Shown here: in pieces, positions 1 to 12,499 of the stretch
How positions within the stretch are numbered: the first letter of the stretch is position 1
How the letters are laid out: every line of letters begins with the position of its first letter
From: Antechinus flavipes
Taxonomy: Eukaryota
DNA: 64,000 nucleotides
Direction of reading: 5' to 3'
Assembly (NCBI RefSeq): GCF_016432865.1
Contig: NC_067402.1
Coordinates: 160,332,001 to 160,396,000 of the forward strand
Notes under the pieces: model-generated
The model's database searches: none
Told to the model about the DNA's origin: nothing
What the model saw: only the letters and a program-made list of their open reading frames with translations
Position numbers and translations under genes: made by a program

Positions 1-317
1 TGTTTGTTATATAATCCCCTCCCAGTGTGATAGTACATTGTAAAAAAAAAAAACAAAAACAAAAAACTAAGATTTCAAAAGTGAAAATAACTTGTGCCAT
101 TCTGAATCAATCTGTGGAATGTTCATAAGTGCAACATTAGCTCTGTAAAAAAGAAAAGCACAATGTCACATCATAGCTCCCAAACAAGAGGGAATTTAGA
201 TTTGCAGTTAACATGAAAATCATGTATTGAATTCCTGCACAATCTTGCTTCATCTTCAGTTTACTTTACCAGAATTCCTGTTCAGAGTCCTAATTTGTAG
301 CCGAGAACAGTCTTAGT

Positions 318-323
318 TTTATT
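318..323 (-). other. Candidate proximal polyadenylation signal AATAAA of TMEM243
   Basis: tttatt on the plus strand, 11 nt past the stop codon. I saw no other AATAAA/ATTAAA on the minus strand in 1-317. Confidence 0.35.
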
Positions 324-334
324 CGTTGACAGCA

Positions 335-457
335 TCACTTTCCCACATCGTGGAAGTACAGGTTGGCACATATACATAACATGATGATAGAAAATAAGAT
401 ATAGTAAATTAGATTTCTAAATTTCGGTTCCAAATCGCCTTGTCGATACCAGTAGAT
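335..457 (-). CDS. TMEM243: TMEM243 coding exon 4 (IYWYRQGDLEPKFRNLIYYILFSIIMLCICANLYFHDVGK*)
   Basis: Pyrimidine-rich acceptor ending tttAG at 459-458 and TGA stop at 337-335. The joined CDS is 118 aa, consistent with the mammalian TMEM243 sequence as I recall it. Confidence 0.97.
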   Translation of the reverse strand: MYWYRQGDLEPKFRNLIYYILFSIIMLCICANLYFHDVGK

Positions 458-1277
458 CTAAAGGAATTGGGGAAGGAGGAAGAGATCAAATTAGGTGAAG
501 GACCAGCATTTAAATATTTTTTAGTACTATAATTCATAATGCAACTAATTCTCCTTCCCCTACTTTTACCCACATAAGTCAGAAAAAATACTGTTTTGTT
601 CTGATTTTTCAGCATAGGATTTTTGGCTCCACTATCTTATTCTCTCTACCTTATATAAGCCATAGAAGTATTTTAAACCTTATGCTTCTAGAGCCAATGT
701 GCTTCTTCCTTTCATAACTCATATATTATAAATATGAAGACAATTAATATACTTTTAAGATATCTACACTTACTCGCATTACCAATTTTCCAGAGTTTGA
801 AGTTGAAACAAAGCCTATTTCTTAGCTCATTGAGGGTGTATTCTAGAAAATAGAAATTCATATTCACTAGAAACATTCAAAATATCCTGACCAGTTAAAG
901 CATCATTCCAATTTGAGAGGAAGGGCCCTAAGTGAAAACAGAAATCAAGTCTCAGAAAATGGGCCCTATATTTAAAATCATTTGATTATCTTGGAACACT
1001 AAGCCATAACAAAGAGTGTCATAGAGTATGCATTTATACTAACATACCTTATTACTGGTGACTTCTTTTTTTCCATCTATGTGTCACATTTCAAGAAGTT
1101 TTAAAGTCAGGAAGAGAGTAAAATGTTCTTTAAAACTATGTTTTATTTCTCTCCCAAGTTCTAGAAGCCAGTGATCTTTGTATCTCAGTATTTCTAACTC
1201 TATTGTAAGAGAGCAGAAGTGGCAAGTGATAGAATCATTTGATTTGACCTTTCTTGAAGGAACACTTAACCACTGTG

Positions 1278-1280
<3 letters not shown>

Positions 1281-1330
<50 letters not shown>
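1281..1330. repeat. (TG)25 microsatellite in TMEM243 intron 3
   Basis: Direct reading of the sequence. Confidence 0.98.
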
Positions 1331-1332
<2 letters not shown>

Positions 1333-1914
1333 ATTAGGAAGGATTTTCATGGTTCAATCTGTCAATGAAGGTTCTATTATTGGCAGCTAAAACTAGTCAG
1401 AAACTTGAAGCATTATGGTGTTCAAAATGTTAAACCAGGTAAAAGAAGAGCAAAAGACTTATGACAAAGACAAAACTCACTCTACCCATAATGCATCATC
1501 TTTTTCTCAAAAGGACATAATTACTCATTCATTTGGATTTCACTCAATTTAAAACACAGACTTGGTAAGTAGTATTATATTCTAATTTACTAGCTACGTA
1601 ATAAGTTCTGTACATTGGGATTCAATTGGGATGTTGCCTTAAATTCCTAGGCAATAGTATAGCACTAAAGCAGGGATTCAATTCAAATGCTGTGAGAGCT
1701 TCCTTTAAAAATAGAATTTTTTTTTTAAACTAACACTGATTTTGAGAATCGTGATACATGCTATTTACAGAAATGGAATGTTAATAGAAATACATGCTAT
1801 CTCCAGTTTCCAAATCAGAATTAGGAAACACTGCTCTATGTGCTAACAGCATTAAGCCTAGTAAAATTAAACAATATTTGTTCGAGATCATTTAAAATTC
1901 CAAATCATACTTAC

Positions 1915-2019
1915 AAGTATGCAGGCAGTAATGCAACTCAAGGAGATGCAAACAGCAAAAAATATATTCAGTGGTTTTGGAGGTAGTTGAGGGAACACAA
2001 AAGCACTGATCAAAGTTAC
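1915..2019 (-). CDS. TMEM243: TMEM243 coding exon 3 (VTLISAFVFPQLPPKPLNIFFAVCISLSCITACIL)
   Basis: Acceptor tttttcacatAG and donor CTT|GTAAGT. 105 nt, in frame, matches TMEM243. Confidence 0.97.
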
Positions 2020-3127
2020 CTATGTGAAAAAAAAAAAAAATCACAATATTTTGAAATAGTTCTCAAAGACTTGGTTACATTAGAATTCAGGGAATAAAAA
2101 CCATGAAAGCATGGTAATGTAATGGATTACTATTCCAATCCCTGTTCTCTTTAACCAACAGAGACTGGAAGCTAAATGTTAAGGGCTTATAGCAGTTTTG
2201 AAAAAAAAAAAAAAATCCCACAAATATTCTCTCCCTTCTGCAGTCTTAGTGGGACTGGATCCAAAGAAGTTAATCCAAAAGAAAATAAACAGAGGTAAGG
2301 ACTTGCCATGAGTCATTTTCATATATATTTGCTAAACACTTTTGGGGAATTCTGAAAAAAGAATCAACCCTAATATAATGTATCCTCTTCTACACTTCAG
2401 CCCCAAACAAACTCCATTCCTCACCCCTACCCTCAAAAAAAACCGTTTTGATTTCATTGTTAATAACTGTTCAGATTCACCTTTACTGTGGAGGAAGAAC
2501 AGAGTCAACTTACCAAAGAAATTTAACAGCCCCTTACCATTCCACACTCAAACAGCAAAGTGAGGCATAAACTGACCAAAGAAGATGCCAATAAAGGTTC
2601 AGAGGCCTAAAGCTTTAAAGGTCTTTAATTTCCTTTGGCTAAGCTGAAATGGTGCTTCCTCTAACTCCAGAAAGAGGGTGGTAATTTTTCCCCTTTTTTG
2701 ATTTGAGAAATTCCTTCAGTGTTTATAAAGACATTGTGCTATCCTACTCTATCCTCCTCCACATATTCTTCATTTGCCAATATAAAGATAACCTTCTAAC
2801 GCTGTAATCTGAGATATAAGGAAGAAAAAAATAATTCCTTTTGTAAATTAACTGGACAACATAAATTGTCCAAGGACACATTACTTCTTTGATGGGATGC
2901 CTCAGGTCCTTGACCATTCTGTGGTTTCCAGGAAATCAAACGTAATTCAGCTTTGTATGACCACCTAAATTAAGAGGAGACTGGATGAAAAGGATTGGCT
3001 CAGCTGCCTAGGATCTAGATCCCTGTGTCTTTAACAAGGAAGTTGAGCTTTCTGGCAAGTCCAGAACTATGAATGGAACACTCAAGTCGACATCACGATT
3101 TTAAAAAAAACAAAAAGCCATACTTAC

Positions 3128-3178
3128 CAGAAGCAGCAAGGATGTCAAGCTGCCAACCACTAAGTTAATGACGCGATC
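3128..3178 (-). CDS. TMEM243: TMEM243 coding exon 2 (DRVINLVVGSLTSLLLL)
   Basis: Acceptor ctttccAG at 3180-3179 and donor CTG|GTAAGT. 51 nt, in frame, matches TMEM243 TM1. Confidence 0.97.
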
Positions 3179-4342
3179 CTGGAAAGAAAGGAAGGAGATG
3201 TTTGAGATACCTTAATTTTATCCAGACTGGTCCCTAGAGAAACAGATCTGGGAGACATCTGAAAGGATGACAACTTGGAGAAGATAGAAGCCTGCAAGCC
3301 AGTGCTTGGTGAGGGAAACTATTGAGGAAGTTGTGGAGAAGTGGGTTCAGTCAGGTTATAGGGAACTATGAAAGCCAGATTTAGGAGGCCTCAGCACACC
3401 CTTTTAGGAATCCTGGCCCTTTGTAATAGAAAACGTTGCAATTCTGCTTTCCCAGCCATCTCTTTCCCAGATTTCCAGTTCCCAAGACTGCCAAAGTCAA
3501 AGGGAACTGCCTTCTCCTGGCATCAGTTTCAGGTGTTTGTTTAAATTACCCCTTAGTTTACTGCCTCATTCTTTCACCCAGTATTTGAAAGTGGAGCCTT
3601 TAAGACCTTAAGAGATCTTCTAATCCAAACAGTTCAATTGAAAGGAGGCTAACCCAGAGAAATAGTCTAGATTGCTTCGGGTCTTACAGTACAGTACAAT
3701 ACAGCACAGTAGGTAGAGCCCTAGGCCTCAAGTCAGGAAGACCAAAGTTCAAATACTTCTTCAGATAGATCATAGTTGTGTGACTTTGGCCAAGCCATTG
3801 TATTCTCACTTTTAATTTTCTCCTTTGGAAAATGGACTCTTAGCACCTACTACCCAGGGATGTTGTGAGAAAAAAAAAAAATATTGTAAAGCATTTTGCA
3901 GGTCATAAGGTGATATAAAACAATGATAATAAAGATTCAAATAGGGACATACCATCCCATGTCCTTAAGTATCTCATGTCTAATGCTTTGAATTGGGTCC
4001 CAAGAACAGACAGAAGGAACTTGAAGATTATAAATATTGATCAGGAGAAGCAAGGAAAAATCATTTAATACTAAATTTTTCCTAATAAGATTTTAAATAC
4101 TTATTGGACAATGCTTATGTTTTCCTTTAAAAAGAAAAGTTATTATCATCAGAGCATTATGAAGTAGAAAGCACTCAGAGATATATATAATGCTGGTCTT
4201 GAATATGGAAAACATGGGTTCCAATCCAATCTTTAGCTAAGTATTTCCCTGGACAAGTTCCTTAACCTATGAGTTTCTTCTTTCCTCACTTGTAAAATGG
4301 GAATAATAATAGAACTTAACAGAGTTGTGAGGAGTCACACAT

Positions 4343-4931
4343 TGTCAACCAAACTGGAACCAGTCTCTAAGCTGTGGGGGGCTGGAGCTGAATGGAACAG
4401 GCTAGGGACAAGGGAGTCAGGGATCAAACAGAAGTTTCCATTAATTTCAGCGAGGAAGGTTTTCTTACTGAGGAAAAGACAGAGTTTATATACATAAAAA
4501 TCACAAGTGGGCTGGACCATGTCAATCATTCTCAGGTCTTCAGTGGCATTTCCCTTGGCAGATTCATGCGTGGACAGTGCAGGCCATCCTGGGACCTGTG
4601 AGAACAGTTTCCAAGTTGATTGTCTCCAAGCGGGGTACAGAATCAGTGGGAACAGGAGAGTGGCACCTGTTTGGTTCACTTGGCAGGTCCAAGGAACAGA
4701 GACTGGGAGCGTGACAAGAGATGGAATACATGTTGCTTCTCAGGTCCCTAGGAAACAGTGGGAGCTAAAATCATAAATCTCCCAGAGAACACCTGGTCCT
4801 GGTCAAAGTAATAAACTGCCAGGGGTGGGATCATCCAGAGTGAAAAGATTTGTTGTTGTGCCAAACTCAGGCCCAGCCTGCTTACTTGCTCTTAACTCTG
4901 GAAAACAGGGCATCTCCAAAATATTTTGACA
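4343..4931 (-). mobile_element. ERV 3' LTR with adjacent polypurine tract and internal remnant (remnant continues to about 5180 or beyond)
   Basis: Termini TGTCAA...TTGACA form a 6-bp inverted repeat. On the minus strand AAAAGGGGAAA (PPT-like) directly precedes the TG start, and a TATATAAA lies near 4490. Confidence 0.7.
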
Positions 4932-6792
4932 TTTCCCCTTTTGGCCAAAGAGGGTGGGGTGGTCTGAAATGATCTTTTCCCTCTACCCAATAAAAGAGAG
5001 GCAGGTATGAGCTAAGATACCATGGGATACTGCCCGGGGGTTGGTCCTAGAAGGGACCTATCAAGGAAGTCTGTCCCAGGTGTCATTGCTAGTCATTGTT
5101 TACCTGTGAGCAGAAAAGTGAGAGGCCAAGAATATAGAGGGAGATTTATGTGTCACCATTGTAACTGAAAAACATTTATATCAAGTCCCATGGAATAGAA
5201 ACATAGAACTACCCAAACGCTTGAAAATAGATGAGGGGAGAAACCGAGCAGGTAAGAGCAGACAAGAACAGTAGGCTAGGGGAACATGCAAAAAGAACAG
5301 TGCCAGATAGTTCAGGTAGTTTTCTGGTCCCTAGACATCTTTTCTTGGACAATATGCTTTATTTTCGGGACAACTTTAATTTCATTTCCAAATCTATAGT
5401 CTCTGACTTAATCTAATACAATCACTTAAATTGGATTCTCCAATTTTTAAACATCAGAGATGTTTATCATTTGTTTATTTCTATCCTTACCTAAATCCTA
5501 TACCTAAGAATCTTTTTAAAATTTATGAGGCTCCAGCTGTAAAATGAACATTTTCTGCCTTTTAAATTATCAAGCAGATTAAAAAATGGGAAAATAATTT
5601 CATTTTTCTGTACTATTATCAATACAATTTGCCTGTAAAATCCAATTAATCCTTAATAAAACTTTAGAACTAAATGACCAAAACATACTTAAAACCTGAA
5701 TTTCCATGCTAAATAAATTTGGAAGCCATTCATCAATGTATGTATCTAGTTCTTAGAGAAAGCAATCTAATTCTGTTGCTTTTCTCAAAATTTTACTTAT
5801 TTAGAAAACTTTTATATTAGATCATTGCCTTATTACTTTGTCTAATCATTTACCTCTGAAGCATATCATCCTTATATTATAATTTGACCATATATAGATT
5901 AAAATTAAGATGTTCATATTAAATCCTATTATAGTAAGTAACTCAGAGATGATCTAGTAGCAATTATTTAATAGATTTAGTATTGTACTTATAAAACTTC
6001 TTGATTATAAAAATTTGCTATAAAAGGTAAAAGAGGGACAAAGTTATAACAATGTTACATCATAATAGAGAGAAAAAAAATTCCATCCATTGAGGAGAAA
6101 AAACTTCCTTGGCACTGCTGGACTCCAGGCATGAGTCATGTCTAGCAGCCAATCTAGTCAGAGTATTGAAGGCAAGGTTCAGGATTAACCAAGTGGGGAA
6201 TTTTCCTTTTTTCAGCAAGGAAATGGCACAGTGGGGAAAGAGTTAAGAGGCCTGTGTTGGCCATGTCCAAGGTTGTCCCCAAAACCTTTCCCAGGCACAA
6301 CACTTTTAGGCAGTTCCCAGACTGCAACACATGCCATTTTCTCCTACTGGCTTCATGACAATTCAGACAACTATCCCTTACTTTACTACTTAACTATTCT
6401 TTCTGGAAACCCTGGAAACTCAGTTTTTGTTCCTAAGGACCAGGTAAGTTGGTCAGAATCTGCAAGAAGCTAAGTCAAGGACATCACAATCCTCTAAGCA
6501 CACTGGAGCAGCCCATACAGAATTAAACATTCAACTCCTTGATTCCAGAGCCTAAACATATTAACATTATTACAATAATTTTTATTCCTATTTCTATGCT
6601 AGAAGGATGACAAAGTACTTTGTTCCACCATTCTGGAAAGTCCATGGTCCAACTGTTATTATCTCCACTTTACAGATTAAATAAATGCTCGCTCAATGGA
6701 ATCTTCCCATATTCCAGGAGTGTGAAGGCTCAAACTCAGATTTTCTTAATGCCAGTGTGAATTTTTCACTACAGCAAAGAGCTCTCAGATAA

Positions 6793-7216
6793 TGTTAGAG
6801 CCTCAAATTCAGAGGAGCCAGGTGTGGAGGGAAGAGCTCTACCTGGCCATCAGTTCTGGTGCTTGTTAGATGAGATCTTGGGCCTTGTTTTCTCTCATCT
6901 TTTCAAGGAGGGAGTCTGAATCTTCTAGCTCCAGAATTCTGGTTCTGTCACCTCATCTATCCCTGTCTTTAGGTAGAGTGGTGAAGCCATTTCGGAAAGT
7001 TTTCCTTTCACAAGTCCCAAGCAGAAGGTCCTCCAAGTTCCAGCTTCTGGCTTCAGAATATGGTTGGAAAGAGTGTCACAAGTCTAACTGTATAGGTTCA
7101 GCAGAGCATCACAAAGGGCCCCAGATATAGCATCCCAGGAAGGAATTCTAGATAGCCACCTGCCCCCGGGGTTCCCTGAAATTATCTTCCCTCTAGAATA
7201 AAACTAACTCATGACA
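6793..7216. mobile_element. Possible degraded LTR
   Basis: TG...CA-bounded, GC-richer non-SINE/LINE segment. No TSD found. Confidence 0.25.
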
Positions 7217-9078
7217 CTACACTTAAAACTCCATGGGGGATGAGAAAAGGAAGAGCTATGGTGAGAGTATATAATAATCCACCTTCCAAAAGTGCTTTCT
7301 TGAGTGTATAATCTCATTTAATCAACACAGTATTTAATCAACCATGTCAGATATATGTTGGGCAAAAGATCGAGTGAGATATTTAGCAATAATGGAAGGT
7401 AGAACCCAAAACACTGGGATTTCCTGGGCTAGTTTGGCAGAAGAGCAGAAATGCTCCTTCCTTTGGATTGAGTATGGAATCTTTCATCCAATGCCACATA
7501 TGGATTGGTTTTTATTAACTTTTTTTTTTTTTTCCTTCTTTGAAGGAAGAATGGGTGTATTAGCAAATGGCCAAAATTAAAACAAAAAGTTATCAAAACT
7601 TTTTTTTTTAAGGGAGAGAAAAAACAATAGAAGGGTCTCAGAAAAACCTGCAAGACTATAGTGATTGATCCAAGCCTGGATCCCTAGTCTTAACTTTTAC
7701 AAGAACTTCTAAAATGCATGATTTAATTAACAAATGAAAAAATTCTGGCTCCAGGCTCAGAAGATCTGGATTTGGGTCGAGGTTATACTGCCTATATAAT
7801 TGTGGATGAGCCATTTTCATTTTCTGGGTCTCAGTTTCCTCATCTATAAAATAAGGATATTAGAATAGATGGCCTCCAAGATTTCTTTATGGCTATCAAT
7901 CTAGAATCTAATGAAGAGGAAAGATAATTGTCAATGGGCTATTAAATATTTGGAGAAAGGAAGGTATAAGGGAAGAGCCAAGAATATCTCTGATATCACT
8001 CTGCAAGAAAGTTTAGAGAATGTTTCTCTATCTAGTAGCATTTTCCTCAGTTTCTATTTCACAATTAGATTTTAAATTTTTCCCCCTATAGTTAAATAAT
8101 CCAGAAACTGAAACTCTAGGCATCTCAGCTGCCCTGTCCAGCACATTTGCTGCATTATGTAGTTAGGTACTAGTACTACCCAGGCCAGCTCAGTTCTGCA
8201 GTCTGACAAGTGGCTGCTCCTGCCAGCTTTTGGCTATATGACATTGGATTTTTAGATTCTGATGCTCTTAAAGCAATACCAGCACTACAGGGAACTGACA
8301 GCTTGGGGCTCAGATGGTCTCTACAAAACTAGGGGCAGCTACAAAATTTCTGGACTTTAGACATCGATTTCAGAAAAGACACTTGCCAGTTTATGAATGA
8401 CTGCAACAATTCCAAATGAGGAAGCCTCTCTACAATGCTACAATTCAGCAATTCCAGGGAGGAGCCACAAAATAAGGAGAAAGCTTCCTTTGCAGCAAAA
8501 ATGTAGCCCTGATCAGAGTCCATCCACTGAAAGAAATCCCCTTCTACAAAGAGAAAAGGTGCTAAGAGAGGAAGGGAGAAAGAGGAACCAAATGAGAAGC
8601 GCTGCCATTCCTGTTTTTATCTTCTCAATTCTTCTTGTCAGAAATGAGGATTGATTAGAATACAGAAAAAGGAACCAGGATCCTTCAGATCTTCTAAAGT
8701 GATAAGAAAAACTAGTTGTGCAGAAGAGAAAATGCTATTCTTTTTGTGAATCTAAAATTTTGAAAAAGCAGATAAATCAATTTTCTAGGAAACAAAGTCC
8801 ATTTCTACTTCCCTGCCTGCCAAGTTTCTACAGAAAGACTATTAAAATGGGCATCATAATAAAGGCTTTAGAAACTTGATCTATGCTTTGGCACTTAAAA
8901 AAAAAAAAAAAAAGGAGGTGGGGGGAGACATGGGAGTGAAGGAACCTTTTTTTTGATCCTGGACCTGTGATTTCTTGAGTATCCATATGGGTAAGGAACT
9001 TCCTTATCCAAAGCAAATTGACCTCTTTCTAGCAATTGATAATCTTAAAAGTGTTAGTGGGGTACAGACAGATCAAGA

Positions 9079-9625
9079 TGATGTGAGTAAACTCTGTAAA
9101 AAAAAAAACTGTCCCCTTTTGATCTGTAAAATTAACACTCTGAAATTGTGTACCCTTTGATCTATAAAGAAGGGAGACTCCAGTCTCAGGCCCTCCTGGG
9201 AAACATATCTCCCCATTCAAGTTAATCGGTATCATCCAACTGGGCCATTTCTAAGGCAAATCCCCACCCCACTCCCACCCCCAGTGGTAGCCGGATCCTC
9301 ATTCAGGAAGCCTTATTGGCTTTCTTTTCAACCTGAAACCTGAGCCTCAGATTTCTATAAAGGATATTTCTGAACTCCTGATTCTTGCAGAATGTCCCTT
9401 GATATAGCTGCCTGTCAGGACCCCTGCCCTCTGTGAACACATTCTCTTCTCAGAGAGAATGTTCTTTGTTGTTTCTGATCAAGTCAGTCACCCAGCAAAG
9501 CTGACCTCTGTAGGGCCAATCAACTTCCTTTTTTGCCAGAGTAATATTTCTGGTTCGTGAATTCTTTCACGGGGGATGGGTGGGTTCGCCCACCTCCACT
9601 CTCTGCACTGCTATTAACCTCATCA
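9079..9625 (+). mobile_element. Solo ERV LTR (ERV1-like), 547 bp
   Basis: Termini TGATG...CATCA, 4-bp TSD AAGA (9075-9078 / 9626-9629), TATAAA near 9356. Confidence 0.75.
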
Positions 9626-9880
9626 AAGAGACACATGTCCAGTGTTTTCCAGAAGCAGAGCTTGAACCCAGCTCCTTATGTGCTGTCTGTAAAACAAGTT
9701 ATACAGTACCAAATCCCTCTCTTTTAGAAGTTAATTTAAATTTCAGTGAAGTTTTTTGTTTCCTGAGATCTTGATTAAGTCCCACTGTGTGTGTGGGGGG
9801 GGGGGGGGGAAGGAGGAGGGAAGCGGGAAGAGGTAGAAGGAGGGAAGAGGAATAGAAAGGGATACAAGTGAGGATCAGAG

Positions 9881-10249
9881 GAAGTGGATCTCTTCGATAA
9901 AGAGAGCCTTAATTGATCAAAGATGGACAGAAGCAGCTACACACAGAGAAAGAACACTGGGAGATGAATATAAACTGTTTGCATTTTTGTTTTTCTTCCC
10001 GGGTTATTTATACCTTCTGAATTCAATTCTCCCTGTGCAATAAGAAAACTGTTCGGTTTTGCACACATATATTGTATCCAGGATATACTGCAACCCATTC
10101 AACATGTAAAGGACTGCTTGCCATCTGGGGGAAGGGGTGGAGGGAGGGAGGGGAAAAATCGGAACAGAAGTGAATGCAAGGGATAATGTTGTAAAAAATT
10201 ACCCTGGCATGCGTTCTATCAATAAAAAGTTATTAAAAAAAAACAAAAA
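9881..10249 (+). mobile_element. 5'-truncated young L1 3' end
   Basis: L1 3'UTR with AATAAA and A-tail, flanked by a perfect 17-bp TSD ACAAGTGAGGATCAGAG (9864-9880 / 10250-10266). Close to the copies at 46 kb and 50 kb. Confidence 0.9.
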
Positions 10250-12337
10250 ACAAGTGAGGATCAGAGCGCTCAAGTGGTCAATTCAGTTTCCACCAAGCTG
10301 GGGGTCCTGTTCCCTCAGTAACAAGACTCACAGTTAAGGGACTTTTATCCCAGGACAGAGTTGACTCCATTTTTAGACTGTAAAATCCTTAAGGGCAGGG
10401 ATTGGTTTTTGTCTCTTTATGTATCCCTAAAGCTTATCTCGAATACAGTAGGCACTCAATAAATGTTTAATGAATTGAACTTCATATCAAACTGAAAATC
10501 TAAAGTGCCTCTTTCCGACAAGACCCTCATAGTAGCAATATGGAATAGCAAATAGAGAGCTGGCCTTGGAGTAAGAAAGGACCAGATTCCAGTCCCACGG
10601 CTGACACAGACCAGCTAAATGCTTGTTGGCAGCTAGGTGGCCCAGTAAATAAAGTTGGACTTGGAGTCAGCAACCCCAAAGTTTGAATCTTGCTTTAGAT
10701 ACTCACTACCTCGGGCAAGTCACTACCTTTCTCAGATTCAGTCTCCTCATTGGTAAAATGGGGACAATAATACCTATCAGCACAGGACTATTTTGAAGGT
10801 CAAACAACTTATGCAAAGTATTTTTCAAACTTTCAAATGTTAATCTAAAGCTTAAGTCTTCCCACTTAGCCTCTGGGTTCTGAAGCCACTCTTCAGACTG
10901 TCTAAAACAAGTTCATCCACTTTGGTAGGTAGAGGCTTTTTCCTCATTTGGGGTTCCCTATGCCAAAGAAATCACAGGTCCTGTTCCTGCCTCCACCCCC
11001 TCCAGAAAAAAACTGATTTTATTCATGAGGAGCTCTTCTGTTCACGTACACTGCATCCCTTCCATACTTTAGTATGCCTTCTTGTATTTTCTCTATCACA
11101 TTTTACAAAAAAAAAAAAAAATCATCTGATTTCTGATAAGCTTCTGATAACCACCAGTCCACACTTAGCTGGGGCTGATCCTCAGATGACAGACACATGC
11201 TTAATTCATACATGGCTGGCCCATGCCTGAAGCCATTCTAGTTTGAGTCCAGAGTTTACATTCCATTGGCGTAACCTTTGAGAACCCACAGTCAATTCTG
11301 TGGCTAGAAAGGCAATTTAAGTGCATTTAATTATTTCCTACCTTAGTATCTACTTTTTTTTTTTTTTTTTAAGGCCGTTATACACCAATCACCTACACCC
11401 CACCCCTAGCAAAATAAATAAATAAAATAAAATAGCCTTCTCATAAGAGATTTAGCATGCTTGTACACATTGAGACAGGCAAGTAGAAAAGATGCATCTA
11501 TATAAATTATGCATTACCAGAAGATTTACATTTTAAAATCTGTGTGTATGAAGCTGCAGAATTTTTTGGAATCTATAAATATGCTCTCTCCAGATAGAAG
11601 TATACTTCATATTCATATTCAGTATAAAGAAATCAACACATACATACAATCTGAATTTTCTCCTAGAATCACGTATCTGGAGATCAAGGAGCAGAGTTGC
11701 AAGAAGAGTACCAGCACAAGCATTCCTCCAATTCTTCTGCCATCCCTTTTCCGAGTTCTTTCCACAAAGCTAAAGTACAAAGTCTCTGGAAAAATCACAG
11801 TCCTTGAAAAAACACCAGCACCTTCAAACAAGGCGAAGCCTTGAGTGACCTCAAGATCACTGAAGTCAGACCATCAATAAATATTAAGGACCTACTATGT
11901 GCCAGATATTGCGCTAAGTCTTGAAGAAACAAAAAACAATTCACCCAAGGAAAGGAAGCCAATAGACACAAGACCTCATTGTTCCTAAAGTCATTCAATA
12001 AACATTTATTTAAGGGCCTGCTAAGACAGTCCCTGTCCACACAGAGCTTACAATCTAATGGGAAAGAAAACAAGCAAATATATGCAAATTGTAAAATAAT
12101 TTATGGGGAAGACACTAAAATTAAGAGAGATGGGGAAAAGCTTCCTGTAGAAAATAAGATTTTAGTTGGGATTTGAAAGAAGCCAAAGTTGCAGGGCAAC
12201 TCTTCTCCAATCCATTACAACGGCCATTCCCTGCAACAAGAGACTTCTCTTACCTTTGTCACATCCTTCCCTGACCCCCACATCATTATCTAGTCAGCAA
12301 TTCTGGAACACCTCCCATTTAGAAAAAAGAGGAAGGA

Positions 12338-12470
12338 GGGCAGTGCATGGAGCACAAGCCCTGAAATTAGGAGGACCAGAGTTCAAATCCAGTCTCAGAC
12401 ATTTAGCACTTCTAGCTATGTGACCCTGGGCAAGTCACTTAACCCCAATTGCCTCAGGGGAAAAAAAAAG
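12338..12470 (+). mobile_element. WSINE1-type marsupial SINE
   Basis: tRNA-derived head (gagttcaaatcc B-box-like), CORE gtgaccctgggcaagtcacttaacccc and A-tail. Confidence 0.8.
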
Positions 12471-12499
12471 ATAAAAGAAAAAGGAGGGAGGAAACTAGA

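Noticed and set aside
1084-1390. ORFs with (TH)n and (VC)n runs
   Set aside because: Translations of the (TG)25 microsatellite.
8100-8660. Non-repetitive intronic stretch with 64-85 aa ORFs on both strands
   Set aside because: No recognisable homology and no coherent splice-site pair. It could be regulatory, but nothing specific supports that.
12338-12470. tRNA-like A/B boxes in many SINE heads
   Set aside because: These are tRNA-derived CORE-SINE heads followed by CORE and tail sequence, not tRNA genes. No rRNA, snRNA or CRISPR array was seen anywhere in the window.
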